A DNA stretch of 63,087 nucleotides, the filler included, from Aduncisulcus paluster (taxonomy: Eukaryota), in NCBI GenBank assembly GCA_024181965.1. It is 30 parts of 30 records of this genome, joined end to end, with 100 filler letters (N's around TTAATTAATTAA, not from the genome) between each part and the next. Parts side by side here need not be neighbours in the genome. Positions count along the whole stretch, not along the records: positions 1 to 1,307 come from BQXS01009856.1; positions 1,408 to 3,415 come from BQXS01009857.1; positions 3,516 to 5,298 come from BQXS01009858.1; positions 5,399 to 6,890 come from BQXS01009861.1; positions 6,991 to 8,329 come from BQXS01009864.1; positions 8,430 to 9,472 come from BQXS01009868.1; positions 9,573 to 10,678 come from BQXS01009870.1; 23 more parts are not named here. One strand, given 5' to 3'. The notes under the pieces were generated by a model, which had not been told where the DNA came from, did no database searches, and worked only from the letters and a program-made list of their open reading frames with translations. Position numbers and translations under genes: made by a program. This document shows positions 1-10,127 of the stretch, in pieces. How positions within the stretch are numbered: the first letter of the stretch is position 1; each line of letters begins with the position of its first letter.

Positions 1-564
1 TTTAATTATCAACTTCCATTTGATAGTGAGAGTTATGTTCATAGAATTGGTAGAACAGGTCGTGGTGGAATGGAAGGTAAAGCTGTATCTATTGTTACTC
101 CTGCTGAATTTAGAAGTTTACATAAAATTCAAAAAGATGTTGGTGCTAAAATAGAAAGTAGAATCATACCAAATAAAGAAGCTGTAAAATTTAAAGCAAT
201 TGATGGTATCAAGGCTGATATAGCTTCTCAAGATATTGATGAATCTGTAATTGAAATTGTTGAGTCTTTAAAAGAACAATTCGATTTATCAACTATTACA
301 TACAAACTTGCTTCGATATTATTGAAACAAAATAGTGTTAAAGGTAAAGACAATATTGGTAAAACAAAAAAAGATATTGAATTCTTACTAGAGCGTGCAC
401 TCAAAGGTGGCGGTGGTTCTAGAGGTGGTCGTGGTGGTCACTCTAGAAGTAGAAATCGATCAAGTGGAAACAGAGATAGAAATCGATCTGCTGGTGGAGA
501 TAGTAGAGGTCGATCAGGAAGCAGATCTGGTTCTAGATCTGGTGGAGATAGAGGAAGAAGATAG
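1..564 (+). CDS. DEAD-box RNA helicase, C-terminal part (5' truncated)
   Basis: Frame open from base 1: YVHRIGRTGR (helicase motif VI), followed by an R/G/S-rich tail. Confidence 0.9.
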   Translation, partial: FNYQLPFDSESYVHRIGRTGRGGMEGKAVSIVTPAEFRSLHKIQKDVGAKIESRIIPNKEAVKFKAIDGIKADIASQDIDESVIEIVESLKEQFDLSTITYKLASILLKQNSVKGKDNIGKTKKDIEFLLERALKGGGGSRGGRGGHSRSRNRSSGNRDRNRSAGGDSRGRSGSRSGSRSGGDRGRR

Positions 565-569
565 TCATT

Positions 570-1307
570 ATGACTTTACAAAAAAAGGCAACCATAGTTT
601 CAAGTAGTGTTGCTGCTTTTTTAACTCTTTTAAAACTAGCAATAGGAATCATAAGTGGTTCTGTTGCTGTTTTAGCTTCTGCTATTGACTCTGTTTTGGA
701 TATGTTTGTATCACTATTCAATTATTTTGCAATTTCAAATGCCGAAAAACCAGCAGATAAATACTTCAACTATGGGCGAGGTAAAACTGAAGCCCTAGCA
801 AGTGTTATAGAGGGTGTTATTATAACCATCTCTGGTTTATTTTTACTATACACTGCAATAAATAAATATTTTTCAAACGAAATTTCAACTTATGTTAACA
901 TATCACTTATAGTTATGGTTATATCGTTATTTATAACTATAAGTTTAGTTGCATATTTAAATGCTGTTGCTAAAAAAACAAATAATATGGTCATCAAAGC
1001 TGATGCCTTACATTATAAAACTGATGTGTGGGTTAATATAGCTGTACTTCTTTCTTTAGTTATTGTCTATTTTACAGGATATGAAATCGTTGATATCATT
1101 ATAGGTGCAAGTATCTCTTTATATATAATATATAGTGCTTATGAGTTAATAGAGGATGGTATTTTAGTTTTATTAGATAGAGCTTTGCCTCAAAATCAAG
1201 CACAAAAAATTGAAGAAATTTTACACAGTTGTAAAGATATAAATGATTTTCATGATTTAAAAACCAGAACTGCTGCAAATATAAATTATTTGGATGTGCA
1301 TTTAGTA
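570..1307 (+). CDS. Cation diffusion facilitator (FieF-like), 3' truncated
   Basis: SVAVLASAIDSVLD, YGRGKTEAL and ADALHYKTD motifs; multiple TM segments. Confidence 0.9.
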
Positions 1308-1407
1308 NNNNNNNNNNNNNNNNNNNNNNNNNNNNNNNNNNNNNNNNNNNNTTAATTAATTAANNNNNNNNNNNNNNNNNNNNNNNNNNNNNNNNNNNNN
1401 NNNNNNN
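1308..1407. other. Artificial contig spacer N44-TTAATTAATTAA-N44 (first of 29)
   Basis: Identical 100-nt linker with stops in all six frames recurs through the window; base composition often changes abruptly across it. Confidence 0.98.
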
Positions 1408-1408
1408 G

Positions 1409-2281
1409 AAGAACATCGGTGGGGCCCTGGCCGAAGGGTCCGCAGTCGCGGTAACCGGACCGCTGGCAGGGGAGGCAGCCGCCGGAGCACGGGGACTGCT
1501 CGGCGATGCCACCATTGCCGGTCGCGGAGGCCTTCTTGACATGCCTGGCATTCACCACGACGGGCCTCCGGTCGCGGGTCACACACCGGTGGAGCCTCCG
1601 AGCGTCCACCCTGGGCCCGTTGCCGATCACCCCGTGCCGACAGTCGACCACCCGGCCCCAGCGGTTGTCGGGGACCACTCGATGCCCAGCACACCGCACG
1701 ACGCAGTCCCGCTGGTGACCGACCACCCAGTGCCTACAGCGGGTGATCATTGGTCACCACAGTTCGACCCAAATGGCGGCCAGCACTACGCCTCTGGCGA
1801 CCCGCACCACCCGGGCGGATGGCCACCGCACACCCCGGAAGCTACATGGAGCAAGGGGGACTCGAACCCCGGGTGGGAACACATCAACCGCGGTCCGGTC
1901 AAAGACTGGATGGACTATCAGGCGCAGATCTCAGGTGTCGAGCGCACACCCGATGGACGCATACCTGAGTATGTGCGGATCGACCCCGAGACGGGTGACC
2001 CGGTCAAGTTCGATGGCCACACCTTCCGGGGCGGCCAAGAGGTGTACCTCGATGCAAAACAGGGATACTCGGCGCTTGCAACCGACGTCGGGAAACCGTG
2101 GGCGAATGGAATGGCCGACGGACTCCTGAAAGAGATCCCGCGGCAGCTCGACGCGATGCCACCAGGCGCCATCCTCGAAGTACACGTCTCAGACCCCATT
2201 GGCGCTCAAGCGATACGCAACCTGCTGGATAACGCAGATCTGTACGACGTGAACGTGATCTACACACCGAAGGCGCCATGA
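1409..2281 (+). CDS. Polymorphic toxin C-terminal part with Tox-REase-5-like nuclease domain (5' truncated)
   Basis: Frame open from the contig start; Pro/His-rich linker, then YQAQISG...FDG...LDAK.GY restriction-endonuclease-fold signature; GC-rich actinobacterial codon usage. Confidence 0.75.
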   Translation, partial: KNIGGALAEGSAVAVTGPLAGEAAAGARGLLGDATIAGRGGLLDMPGIHHDGPPVAGHTPVEPPSVHPGPVADHPVPTVDHPAPAVVGDHSMPSTPHDAVPLVTDHPVPTAGDHWSPQFDPNGGQHYASGDPHHPGGWPPHTPEATWSKGDSNPGWEHINRGPVKDWMDYQAQISGVERTPDGRIPEYVRIDPETGDPVKFDGHTFRGGQEVYLDAKQGYSALATDVGKPWANGMADGLLKEIPRQLDAMPPGAILEVHVSDPIGAQAIRNLLDNADLYDVNVIYTPKAP

Positions 2282-3144
2282 AACTACAATCCGAAGCAAT
2301 GACTGCCGTGTCCACAGCGCCGCCCGTCTGGGCTCAGTCCGCGTTTCTGAGCGCGGTCTGGGTAGCTACTGGCGAGTCAGCGGAATGGATCGCAGCCCGG
2401 ACTGACGCCCTGCTAGGTGAATTGCAATCCATCCTTGGCGTGTCCTCTTGGCAGACGTACAAGGGTGACCTTTGNNNNNNNNNNNNNNNNNNNNNNNNNN
2501 NNNNNNNNNNNNNNNNNNNNNNNNNNNNNNNNNNNNNNNNNNNNNNNNNNNNNNNNNNNNNNNNNNNNNNNNNNNNNNNNNNNNNNNNNNNNNNNNNNNN
2601 NNNNNCAGCGGACGAACTGGCGGCCATCGTGCGCAGGTTCGTTGTGCGGGAAGCTCCGACCGCCGACGATCCCGACGGCGAGGCGTTGCCAAAGGAGGGC
2701 TATTCGTTCATCGTCTCAGGGTCGGGGACAGGCGTTGACGTGGATGTGCGGGTCGCTGCGGGCAGCGTTGCGCTCGGTCGCCGAGTCCCACGTCACACGC
2801 TCTCGATAGACTTACGAGAGACACAATCCGGATCTGTCACTGGCGAGCACGGGACCGCCGTGTGCGCAGCCGTTGCACGGATCTGGGCGCCATCGAGCTT
2901 CAAGCTGACTGACTCGCTGACGAATAGCGCAGCCCGTCGAGGTGGCTGGAAAATCGGCGTCGGCTACCGCACATGGATCAGCGCCGAGGTTGGGGCAATC
3001 AACCACCTTGTAGACCGGCTGACCGCAACCGAAATCGCCGGTGGCACACTGATCTCCGCACCCGATGACTGGCCAGCGCCCCGTGTCGTCGAGGCTATGA
3101 CGGCGACTCTGCGTGAGAACGGCCTCGACGAGGTGCCCCACTAG
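2278..3144 (+). CDS. Cognate immunity protein, Imm52-like (internal N gap 2475-2605)
   Basis: ATGA overlap with the toxin stop; C-terminal VGYRTW...GGTLI pattern resembles Imm52, the usual partner of Tox-REase-5. Confidence 0.65.
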   Translation: MKLQSEAMTAVSTAPPVWAQSAFLSAVWVATGESAEWIAARTDALLGELQSILGVSSWQTYKGDLXXXXXXXXXXXXXXXXXXXXXXXXXXXXXXXXXXXXXXXXXXXXXADELAAIVRRFVVREAPTADDPDGEALPKEGYSFIVSGSGTGVDVDVRVAAGSVALGRRVPRHTLSIDLRETQSGSVTGEHGTAVCAAVARIWAPSSFKLTDSLTNSAARRGGWKIGVGYRTWISAEVGAINHLVDRLTATEIAGGTLISAPDDWPAPRVVEAMTATLRENGLDEVPH

Positions 3145-3413
3145 GGGCTCGATTGTTCACTAAGGATCTCAACGGCTCTCGTCAAGTCCCTTAGTGATTT
3201 GCCGATATCGCCGACTGCTACCGCTGGCTTATCGAGCATTTCATGAAGCCCTTGAATGATGGTTGGTAAATCGCGCCCATCGGCCATCTCAACCCTCCAG
3301 GAATCATCGTTCGCAAGTAGGACGCCGAAAGTATCGCGCCACCTCGCTAATCCTGTTGCCCTTTCGGGAAAGCCGAAGCTGTAAACGCCGAGAACACCCC
3401 CAACTCCCGTATT
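3141..3413 (-). CDS. Hypothetical protein, C-terminal 90 aa (5' truncated)
   Basis: Open frame from the contig end (NTGVGGVLGVYSFGF...EILSEQSSP*); its stop overlaps the immunity gene stop in CTAG. Confidence 0.5.
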   Translation of the reverse strand, partial: NTGVGGVLGVYSFGFPERATGLARWRDTFGVLLANDDSWRVEMADGRDLPTIIQGLHEMLDKPAVAVGDIGKSLRDLTRAVEILSEQSSP

Positions 3414-3515
3414 CGNNNNNNNNNNNNNNNNNNNNNNNNNNNNNNNNNNNNNNNNNNNNTTAATTAATTAANNNNNNNNNNNNNNNNNNNNNNNNNNNNN
3501 NNNNNNNNNNNNNNN

Positions 3516-4116
3516 GAGGATTCATAACTCCACTTAATTCAACAGTTACTTTTTGCCCTTTTATAACAATGTTTTTCTCACCCTCTATAAAATAATTTCC
3601 ATTTTGAAAAGGTTGGGTAATAACAGTAGAAATATTATTTACAAGTTGGTCTGTGGCTGTTGTTTCAGATTCTGTTTCAAATTTACTTTGACCGTTCCCT
3701 GTGTCGATACTTAGTCCAATAAGACCATTTATCCCATTAATAATCTTTGAAAGTACACCCGGAGTGTCTTTATTGTCACCTATTCCTACGGGGTTGATTG
3801 TTCGAGTATTTTCTTTTTGCTCTTGTTTTAATCCTCCACCTGTTTCTGTCTTTCTTCCACTTCCTGTTGTCCCTTCATTAATAATAACAAATACAATGTC
3901 TCCAATTTGTAGGTTTTTACGATCTGAAAAAAGAGATTGTGAACGACTTGAAAATAAAGAACCTTTTGCATTTGCTTTTGGAGGTTGTACAACTTTTGGT
4001 ACCTGATGTTTCGGAAATTGATCGAGTTTAACTGTTTTGTTTACTTTTTCTACACTATTTGAGCAGCCTGAAAAAATAAGTAAAAGAGATAGAAAAGAGA
4101 ATATTTTATACATCAT
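3516..4116 (-). CDS. flgH: Flagellar L-ring protein (3' truncated)
   Basis: Lipobox LLLIFSGC; GSLF...LFSDRK..IGDIV and NGNYFIEGEK motifs. Confidence 0.88.
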
Positions 4117-4528
4117 ATTTATTTTCCACTATTGTTTTTAAGTCTATTGCTATTTTTATATTTGTTGTTGTATGTTTAATCATTGCATTTACTCCGTATC
4201 TTACTAGCAAAGGTTCTATGTCTGTTGTAAAATCACATACTAAATAGAGTTTATCTTTTACTATTTTAATTGATTGTATATGTCTTTGTTCTAGTAGGTT
4301 AACTATAATGACAGATTCTTTGTAGATTGTTTTTTCTAAGTTAATTGACTTGTCAATTCTTTTTTTTACTATAGTTTGATCAAGTTTAGTAGCTAGTTGA
4401 TTATTTTGTTCTTGAAATTTTGAACTCATATGTCCATAATATAACCAAAACATCAAAAGAAGAGAAAGCATTGATACTGTTTTAATTAACAGCTGATTTC
4501 TATTTCTTGTTTTTAGAATTATTATCAT
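4106..4528 (-). CDS. Hypothetical membrane-anchored protein in flagellar cluster
   Basis: 140-aa ORF with one N-terminal TM, AGAGG-type RBS, overlaps the flgH start. Confidence 0.7.
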   Translation of the reverse strand: MIIILKTRNRNQLLIKTVSMLSLLLMFWLYYGHMSSKFQEQNNQLATKLDQTIVKKRIDKSINLEKTIYKESVIIVNLLEQRHIQSIKIVKDKLYLVCDFTTDIEPLLVRYGVNAMIKHTTTNIKIAIDLKTIVENKYDV

Positions 4529-4547
4529 TTTACTTCCTCTTTTTTGG

Positions 4548-5090
4548 CTATTTAATTACGAATGATGTAAAAAATATATCTAAAATCATATTCTTTTTAA
4601 TATCTTCATTTCCATCTGTTGCATCATTAAGAATATTGTTTAATTCATCAATCATCTCTTCTTTTAGCATTGCTTTTCCACCTACAGTTAAAAGCTCTTC
4701 ACTACTTCTAGCACTGATTTGTCTTATAACAGAATCTACCATCTCTGCTTTGTTTGCTTCTATAAGTGCTTCAATTGTTGGTTCTGCTGCTTTCATAGTA
4801 AATGAAAGTTTCATCAATTTTGCTCGACCTTTTGCATCAGTGATGTTTAAAACAAGACTATCAATTTTCCCTTGAAATGTTTCACCTATCATCTCTTTTT
4901 CACTTTCAACTACTTTTTCACTTGTTGGTGCTGCGGCATTTACTGGTTGATCACTAAATAAACCTTTTGAATACATAAAATACCCAATTCCCCCAACTGC
5001 TAATAATAATACAACAATAAGTATTATTAAGACTAACATCATTGGATTTTTACCACTTTTTGTTGTTTCTTCTTTATTTTCTTCAGCCAT
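4548..5090 (-). CDS. fliL: Flagellar basal body-associated protein FliL
   Basis: N-terminal TM; LLTVGGKAMLKEE and terminal IFFTSFVIK. Confidence 0.9.
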   Translation of the reverse strand: MAEENKEETTKSGKNPMMLVLIILIVVLLLAVGGIGYFMYSKGLFSDQPVNAAAPTSEKVVESEKEMIGETFQGKIDSLVLNITDAKGRAKLMKLSFTMKAAEPTIEALIEANKAEMVDSVIRQISARSSEELLTVGGKAMLKEEMIDELNNILNDATDGNEDIKKNMILDIFFTSFVIK

Positions 5091-5099
5091 CTTTTTCTC

Positions 5100-5298
5100 C
5101 TATTTTTGATTTTTTTCTTTAATTATTCTCATTTTTTTCATTATGAGTGTAGATGTTTTTGTATCAAGTTTTTTAAGAATTTTCATAACTCTTTTTTCTT
5201 TCATTCTAATCATTATATCAAATACTTCATCAAGTTCACCATTTTCTATCATCTCATTAAAAACATTGATAACTATTTTTAGTTTCATTTTATCATAC
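5100..5298 (-). CDS. Flagellar-cluster protein C-terminus, possibly MotE/MgtE-N-like (5' truncated)
   Basis: Helical MKEKRVMKILKKLD segment directly upstream of fliL. Confidence 0.4.
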
Positions 5299-5398
5299 NN
5301 NNNNNNNNNNNNNNNNNNNNNNNNNNNNNNNNNNNNNNNNNNTTAATTAATTAANNNNNNNNNNNNNNNNNNNNNNNNNNNNNNNNNNNNNNNNNNNN

Positions 5399-5851
5399 TT
5401 TCTCTTTATATTGAGAAAGGTTGATATTTATAAGTGTATATCCAAAGGTGTAATTTTCAGCTTCTAGATTATTTTTAATCAGTAAATTTGTATCAGTAAA
5501 TATAGTTTTTGCATTTAAGATGTTAGTTTGTTTTCTTTCTAACTCCTCTATGTTCCCATATTTAAAAATAGGATTTTTTTGAGTATCAAAAAGGATAAGA
5601 CCATCTATTTTTTTTAGTGCAGATAATCTATACGAAATATCTGCAAGTACATCGGCATTTGGATTTAAAATCGCTTTTAGTAAGTCATTGTTTAGAGACT
5701 TTGATATGGTATCTGCATCTAATATAGAGTTATTTCTACTATCTTTCTCTTGAATATTTAAGATTACTAGTAGTGTACTAATTTCAACAATAGATATAAC
5801 TAAAGTCATAAAAAGAATAAGTTGAATTTTAATACTGAAACGGTTCCACAT
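5399..5851 (-). CDS. Membrane sensor N-terminus (histidine kinase or diguanylate cyclase type), 3' truncated
   Basis: SIKIQLIL plus a TM helix, then a periplasmic Cache/CHASE-like segment; output domain missing. Confidence 0.6.
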
Positions 5852-5854
5852 AAT

Positions 5855-6718
5855 TTATTCTTTTGATAAATTAACGATTGGAAGATTCAGGTCATTCCCC
5901 CACTCTTTCCATGAAGCATCATAGTTTGATACATCATAGTCTAACTCCCTAAGTGCAAAATAGTTTGTAGCTGAAATTCTCCCCACAGCACAGTAAAGAA
6001 CAATTTTTTTAGTTTTATCGATATCTTTATACACATCTTTTAATGTATCAATAGCTTTTAATTTTGTATTTTCTTGTGTATAGTTAATATTATGTGATGC
6101 TGGAAAATTAAGTGCTTTTGGAATATGACCATATCTACTTGCTGATGAAACATGACCTAAATATGCTTTTTTGGGTCTAGCATCAATAATAATTTGATTT
6201 GGATTTTTAGTGGCAATTTGAGTACTGAATTTTGTTGCTAATCTTTTTCTATTTATCTCTGCAATATAATTACTTGGTGTTGGTTCTTCTATTTTTGTGC
6301 TAGTTGGTAAATCTGATTGGTTCCAATCGTTATATCCTAAATTTAAAAGTTTTACATTTGTAAATCCATATACTTCAAGTGCCCAAAATAATCGTGCCGA
6401 ATCAAAAAATGTTCCCTCATCGTATACTACAATTTTAGATTTTAGATCTAAACCTAGTTTTCTAAGTATATTTTGCATTTTTACAGGACTCGTTAATTTT
6501 CCATCTTGTTTTTTATCTTCATATGTTAAATCTATTGGGAAATTCAAAGCACCTTTAATATGTCCCTCTTTATAAAGCTTAGGAGTTCTTGTGTCAAGTA
6601 TTTTATAACTATTTAGGTTTTTCACTAAATCTGAAGATTCAATACGAAGCGATTCAGCAGTTAAATTAAGAGAAATTATAATTAATAATGAAAAAGCTAC
6701 TAATATATTTTTTAACAT
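5855..6718 (-). CDS. Tandem-domain rhodanese/sulfurtransferase with N-terminal signal peptide
   Basis: GHIKGA, ARLFWAL, GHIPKA, active-site YCAVGRIS and YDASWKEW motifs; hydrophobic N-terminus. Confidence 0.88.
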   Translation of the reverse strand: MLKNILVAFSLLIIISLNLTAESLRIESSDLVKNLNSYKILDTRTPKLYKEGHIKGALNFPIDLTYEDKKQDGKLTSPVKMQNILRKLGLDLKSKIVVYDEGTFFDSARLFWALEVYGFTNVKLLNLGYNDWNQSDLPTSTKIEEPTPSNYIAEINRKRLATKFSTQIATKNPNQIIIDARPKKAYLGHVSSASRYGHIPKALNFPASHNINYTQENTKLKAIDTLKDVYKDIDKTKKIVLYCAVGRISATNYFALRELDYDVSNYDASWKEWGNDLNLPIVNLSKE

Positions 6719-6728
6719 AAAGATTCCT

Positions 6729-6890
6729 TTACTTTTGTTTTTTTGTTTTCATATTTATATGGAGATGAATAATATCCACAGCTGACGGGGTTACTCCTGA
6801 AATTTGAGAAGCATTAAAAAGTGTTGGAGGATTAAATTGTTTTAGTTTTTCTATAACTTCTGTTGAAAGTCCAGGTAGATTATCATAAAC
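6729..6890 (-). CDS. mnmG: tRNA uridine-5-carboxymethylaminomethyl modification enzyme, C-terminus
   Basis: Own translation: VYDNLPGLSTEVIEKL...PPTLFNASQISGVTPSAV. Confidence 0.88.
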   Translation of the reverse strand, partial: VYDNLPGLSTEVIEKLKQFNPPTLFNASQISGVTPSAVDIIHLHINMKTKKQK

Positions 6891-6991
6891 NNNNNNNNNN
6901 NNNNNNNNNNNNNNNNNNNNNNNNNNNNNNNNNNTTAATTAATTAANNNNNNNNNNNNNNNNNNNNNNNNNNNNNNNNNNNNNNNNNNNNA

Positions 6992-7504
6992 GCTATTAAT
7001 AGTCTTACTGATTTTCATCCTATTCAAAATCTTTATTATTATGTAATGATACCTATTCACACTAAAAGTATTAAATTTAACTACTACAATACAGTTACAA
7101 AAGATTTTGTGATGATTACTATTCCAATTATTTTAGATGAAGAATTAGTAAGTACACAAACAGAACTAAACCCTTACAATAGTAGTATCTTGATTTACAA
7201 ACAAGTTGCTAGTGGAATATTACTTTTTATTAGTATATTGTTGTTTCTATTTACACGAAATAATATCTATCTTATTTTTGTTACATTATTTATAATTATT
7301 ATGGCATATTTGTTTATTCCAAATAAAAAAATACTCATAGGTAAAGGGTTACATGTATATATATTACCAACAAATAACTCAACAATTTTCAAAAGATTAG
7401 AGAAAAAGAATATTGTCGAGATAGTAAATGAAAAAGATGGATTTGTAAAAATTTTATTTGACAATGAAAGTATAGGATGGATAAAGAAAAATGATATTAG
7501 GTAA
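6992..7504 (+). CDS. Membrane protein with C-terminal SH3-like domain (5' truncated)
   Basis: ILPTNNSTIF...IGWIKK; precedes plsC-crcB, an arrangement typical of Campylobacterota. Confidence 0.65.
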   Translation, partial: AINSLTDFHPIQNLYYYVMIPIHTKSIKFNYYNTVTKDFVMITIPIILDEELVSTQTELNPYNSSILIYKQVASGILLFISILLFLFTRNNIYLIFVTLFIIIMAYLFIPNKKILIGKGLHVYILPTNNSTIFKRLEKKNIVEIVNEKDGFVKILFDNESIGWIKKNDIR

Positions 7505-8183
7505 AATACGAGCAATCTTCACAATAATACAAATAGCTATAACTATTACAGTTCTAATTATTTTGATGTATCTATTTAGAAGTAATACGAAACCAATTAG
7601 ACAAAAGTGGGCTGCTTTACAGATGAAACTTTTAGGTATTTCACTGAAAATAGAGGGTAAAGAAGATCCAAATGCACAGATGCAAGTGATGAACCATCAG
7701 TCTGTTCTTGATATTATTCTTTTTGAGTATTTACATTCAAAGGATCTTGCGTGGATCTCAAAAATAGAGATTGCTAAAATCCCATGGTTTGGGCATATTG
7801 TAAAAGCTCCAAGAATGATTTTGGTTGAAAGAGAAAGTAAAAAAAGTCTTATCAAATTATTAAAAGACTCTAAAGAACGACTAAGTCATCAAAGACCTTT
7901 AGCCATTTTTCCAGAGGGAACTCGATCAGATGGCTTACGACTAACAAAGTTTAAAGCTGGCACAAGAATTATTGCAGAAAAATTTGACCTCGTAGTACAA
8001 CCTGTACTTATAATAGGAACAAGAAAAATACTTGATTCTCAGAATTTAAAACAACAAGGTGGAATTGTTAAAGTGATATATCTTCCTAGTATCAAAGCTG
8101 AAAAAAATAGTTCATGGTATAAAGATATGGAAGAGACTATGAAAAAAAGATTAGAGCTAGAACTAAGTAATAATGCTGTTTAA
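7491..8183 (+). CDS. plsC: 1-acyl-sn-glycerol-3-phosphate acyltransferase
   Basis: NHQSVLD and FPEGTRS motifs. Confidence 0.92.
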   Translation: MILGKIRAIFTIIQIAITITVLIILMYLFRSNTKPIRQKWAALQMKLLGISLKIEGKEDPNAQMQVMNHQSVLDIILFEYLHSKDLAWISKIEIAKIPWFGHIVKAPRMILVERESKKSLIKLLKDSKERLSHQRPLAIFPEGTRSDGLRLTKFKAGTRIIAEKFDLVVQPVLIIGTRKILDSQNLKQQGGIVKVIYLPSIKAEKNSSWYKDMEETMKKRLELELSNNAV

Positions 8184-8329
8184 TATAACAAATGTTATTG
8201 CAGTAGGCTTGGGTGGATTTTTAGGAGCTATTTTAAGGTTTTATATAAACACAGAGATAGTCAAACACTTTCCCTCTCAAATACCCTATGCTACACTTAG
8301 TGTAAATGTCATAGGAAGTTTTCTGATCG
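8173..8329 (+). CDS. crcB: Fluoride efflux channel (3' truncated)
   Basis: GGFLGAILR and PYATLSVNVIGSF motifs. Confidence 0.9.
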
Positions 8330-8776
8330 NNNNNNNNNNNNNNNNNNNNNNNNNNNNNNNNNNNNNNNNNNNNTTAATTAATTAANNNNNNNNNNNNNNN
8401 NNNNNNNNNNNNNNNNNNNNNNNNNNNNNGAGTTTCGACTGACCCGTTTGAAGGCCAGTGGGAAGGCCTCGATCGCGGTGCGCCCGCAAGGCTATCGGTC
8501 TGAGACGGCTTGGGGGTCCTGTGACCCGATCCATGCGATCCGAGCCGGGGCAGGGGGCGCGGCCTCTTCGTCGTAGAATTCCGACAAGATATCGTAATCA
8601 GAGGTGGGCGCCCCTGAGCTTCCGTCATCTGTCGAACGTGCAGAGGGTGTTTGACGGCACGTCTGGCCGCGGCCGACCTCTGGATGTACGCAGACACGCT
8701 TTGCGACGCTGCGAGACGAAAGTTCTGCCCTCTAGGGTGACCCTCGTCCCTTGGGCTTCATGCGCGAGCTTGTCGC

Positions 8777-9472
8777 TCAGGGCACAAGGACGTTCTCGGA
8801 CGCCGCCAAATCTGGGTGCTCCGTCCTGAGTGCGGCGCGCCTTTCGCTGGCTTTGCGGCGCGCGGCTGTCAGCTCCGCCATCGCCTGTTCGTCGTCGATA
8901 CGTCCAAGGTCGGCACCGCCAAATTCGTAATCGAACGGGACGTCGTGCAGCTCAGGGTCGATCTGGAAAATAATATCGTTAACCGCAAAGCTGTTTTTAC
9001 GATAACCCTCTTCGATTGAAAGAGACAGGGAAATCAGATGTCGACTGTTGAAGGGCGACATGAAGAAATTTCGCGTAAGCGCCGGGAAAATGAGCCCGAT
9101 CGTCGAACTGTAGTATATTTCGAGGAACATGAGATCGACTTGGCGTTTCGCAGCGTTTTCCGGAAGCGTTTCGACCCAGTTCTTATACTCGGGTAGAAAC
9201 GTCTTGTATGTCTTGCGGTCGAACGCCTTGCCCGGAACGATCAGCAGGCGTTTGACTTGCCAGCGTAGCTTATTTCGTCCCTCCTCGCCCAACTTGTCGA
9301 TGAACACGGCACGCAACAGGTCGGTTTGATGGCCACGCAGGATCACCATCCCATCCTCGAGGCATTCATGAAGTCCGTGAGCGACGTCTCGGGTCAGCTT
9401 TTTCTTGAACCCGAGCGCGGCATGGAATTCGGCTTCGAACCGCGAAACATCTTCTTTTGAGACCTTGATATT
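8777..9472 (-). CDS. Hypothetical protein, possibly asparagine-synthase-like C-terminal region (5' truncated)
   Basis: Frame open to the contig end; ILRGH..LLRA and SPFNSR.LI.L.LS patterns; GC content unlike neighbouring contigs. Confidence 0.45.
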   Translation of the reverse strand, partial: NIKVSKEDVSRFEAEFHAALGFKKKLTRDVAHGLHECLEDGMVILRGHQTDLLRAVFIDKLGEEGRNKLRWQVKRLLIVPGKAFDRKTYKTFLPEYKNWVETLPENAAKRQVDLMFLEIYYSSTIGLIFPALTRNFFMSPFNSRHLISLSLSIEEGYRKNSFAVNDIIFQIDPELHDVPFDYEFGGADLGRIDDEQAMAELTAARRKASERRAALRTEHPDLAASENVLVP

Positions 9473-9572
9473 NNNNNNNNNNNNNNNNNNNNNNNNNNNN
9501 NNNNNNNNNNNNNNNNTTAATTAATTAANNNNNNNNNNNNNNNNNNNNNNNNNNNNNNNNNNNNNNNNNNNN

Positions 9573-10070
9573 CATACTATAGATGACTTTAGAAATTTTT
9601 TTATGCCAAAAAAAGAAAAAGAGGAATTTACTTTACTCAATATGATAAATTCAGTTATGAGTATTGCTTCAAGAGGTTTAGAAAATAATAATATTAAAGT
9701 GATTATTGATATAGATGAAAATATAAAAATTCATACTTATCTAAACGAATACCAACAAGTTGTGCTCAATATTATTAAAAATGCAAAAGATGCACTGCTT
9801 GAAAACAACACTATAAATGCAACAATAATAATCAAAGCAATAAAAGATAACAAAAATACTATTTTGACTATTGAAGATAATGGTGGAGGAATTATTACAA
9901 AACCTAAAAATAAGATATTTGAACCATATTTTACTACAAAATCGCAAGCTAATGGAACAGGTATAGGACTTTATATGTCAAAAATAATTATTGATAAAAA
10001 TATGAATGGTAAGTTAAAAGCGATAAATACAAAAAAAGGTGCAAAATTTTTAATATCTATTTCACAATAA
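9573..10070 (+). CDS. Sensor histidine kinase, HATPase domain (5' truncated)
   Basis: TIDDFRNFF, NIIKNAKDA, EDNGGG, FEPYFTTK and GTGIGL boxes. Confidence 0.93.
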   Translation, partial: HTIDDFRNFFMPKKEKEEFTLLNMINSVMSIASRGLENNNIKVIIDIDENIKIHTYLNEYQQVVLNIIKNAKDALLENNTINATIIIKAIKDNKNTILTIEDNGGGIITKPKNKIFEPYFTTKSQANGTGIGLYMSKIIIDKNMNGKLKAINTKKGAKFLISISQ

Positions 10071-10127
10071 AAATAACAAAATGCAATACTTATTACAAAA
10101 AAGATATAAATTGGTTAAAATACAATT

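Noticed and set aside
1352-1363. Recurrent TTAATTAATTAA palindrome between N runs as a biological repeat or CRISPR-like array
   Set aside because: Always centred in a fixed 100-nt N spacer and encodes stops in all frames; it is an artificial contig linker.
8430-8776. Short GC-rich ORFs at 8374-8829
   Set aside because: No recognisable motifs and Arg/Pro-rich shadow-like composition; cannot be supported.
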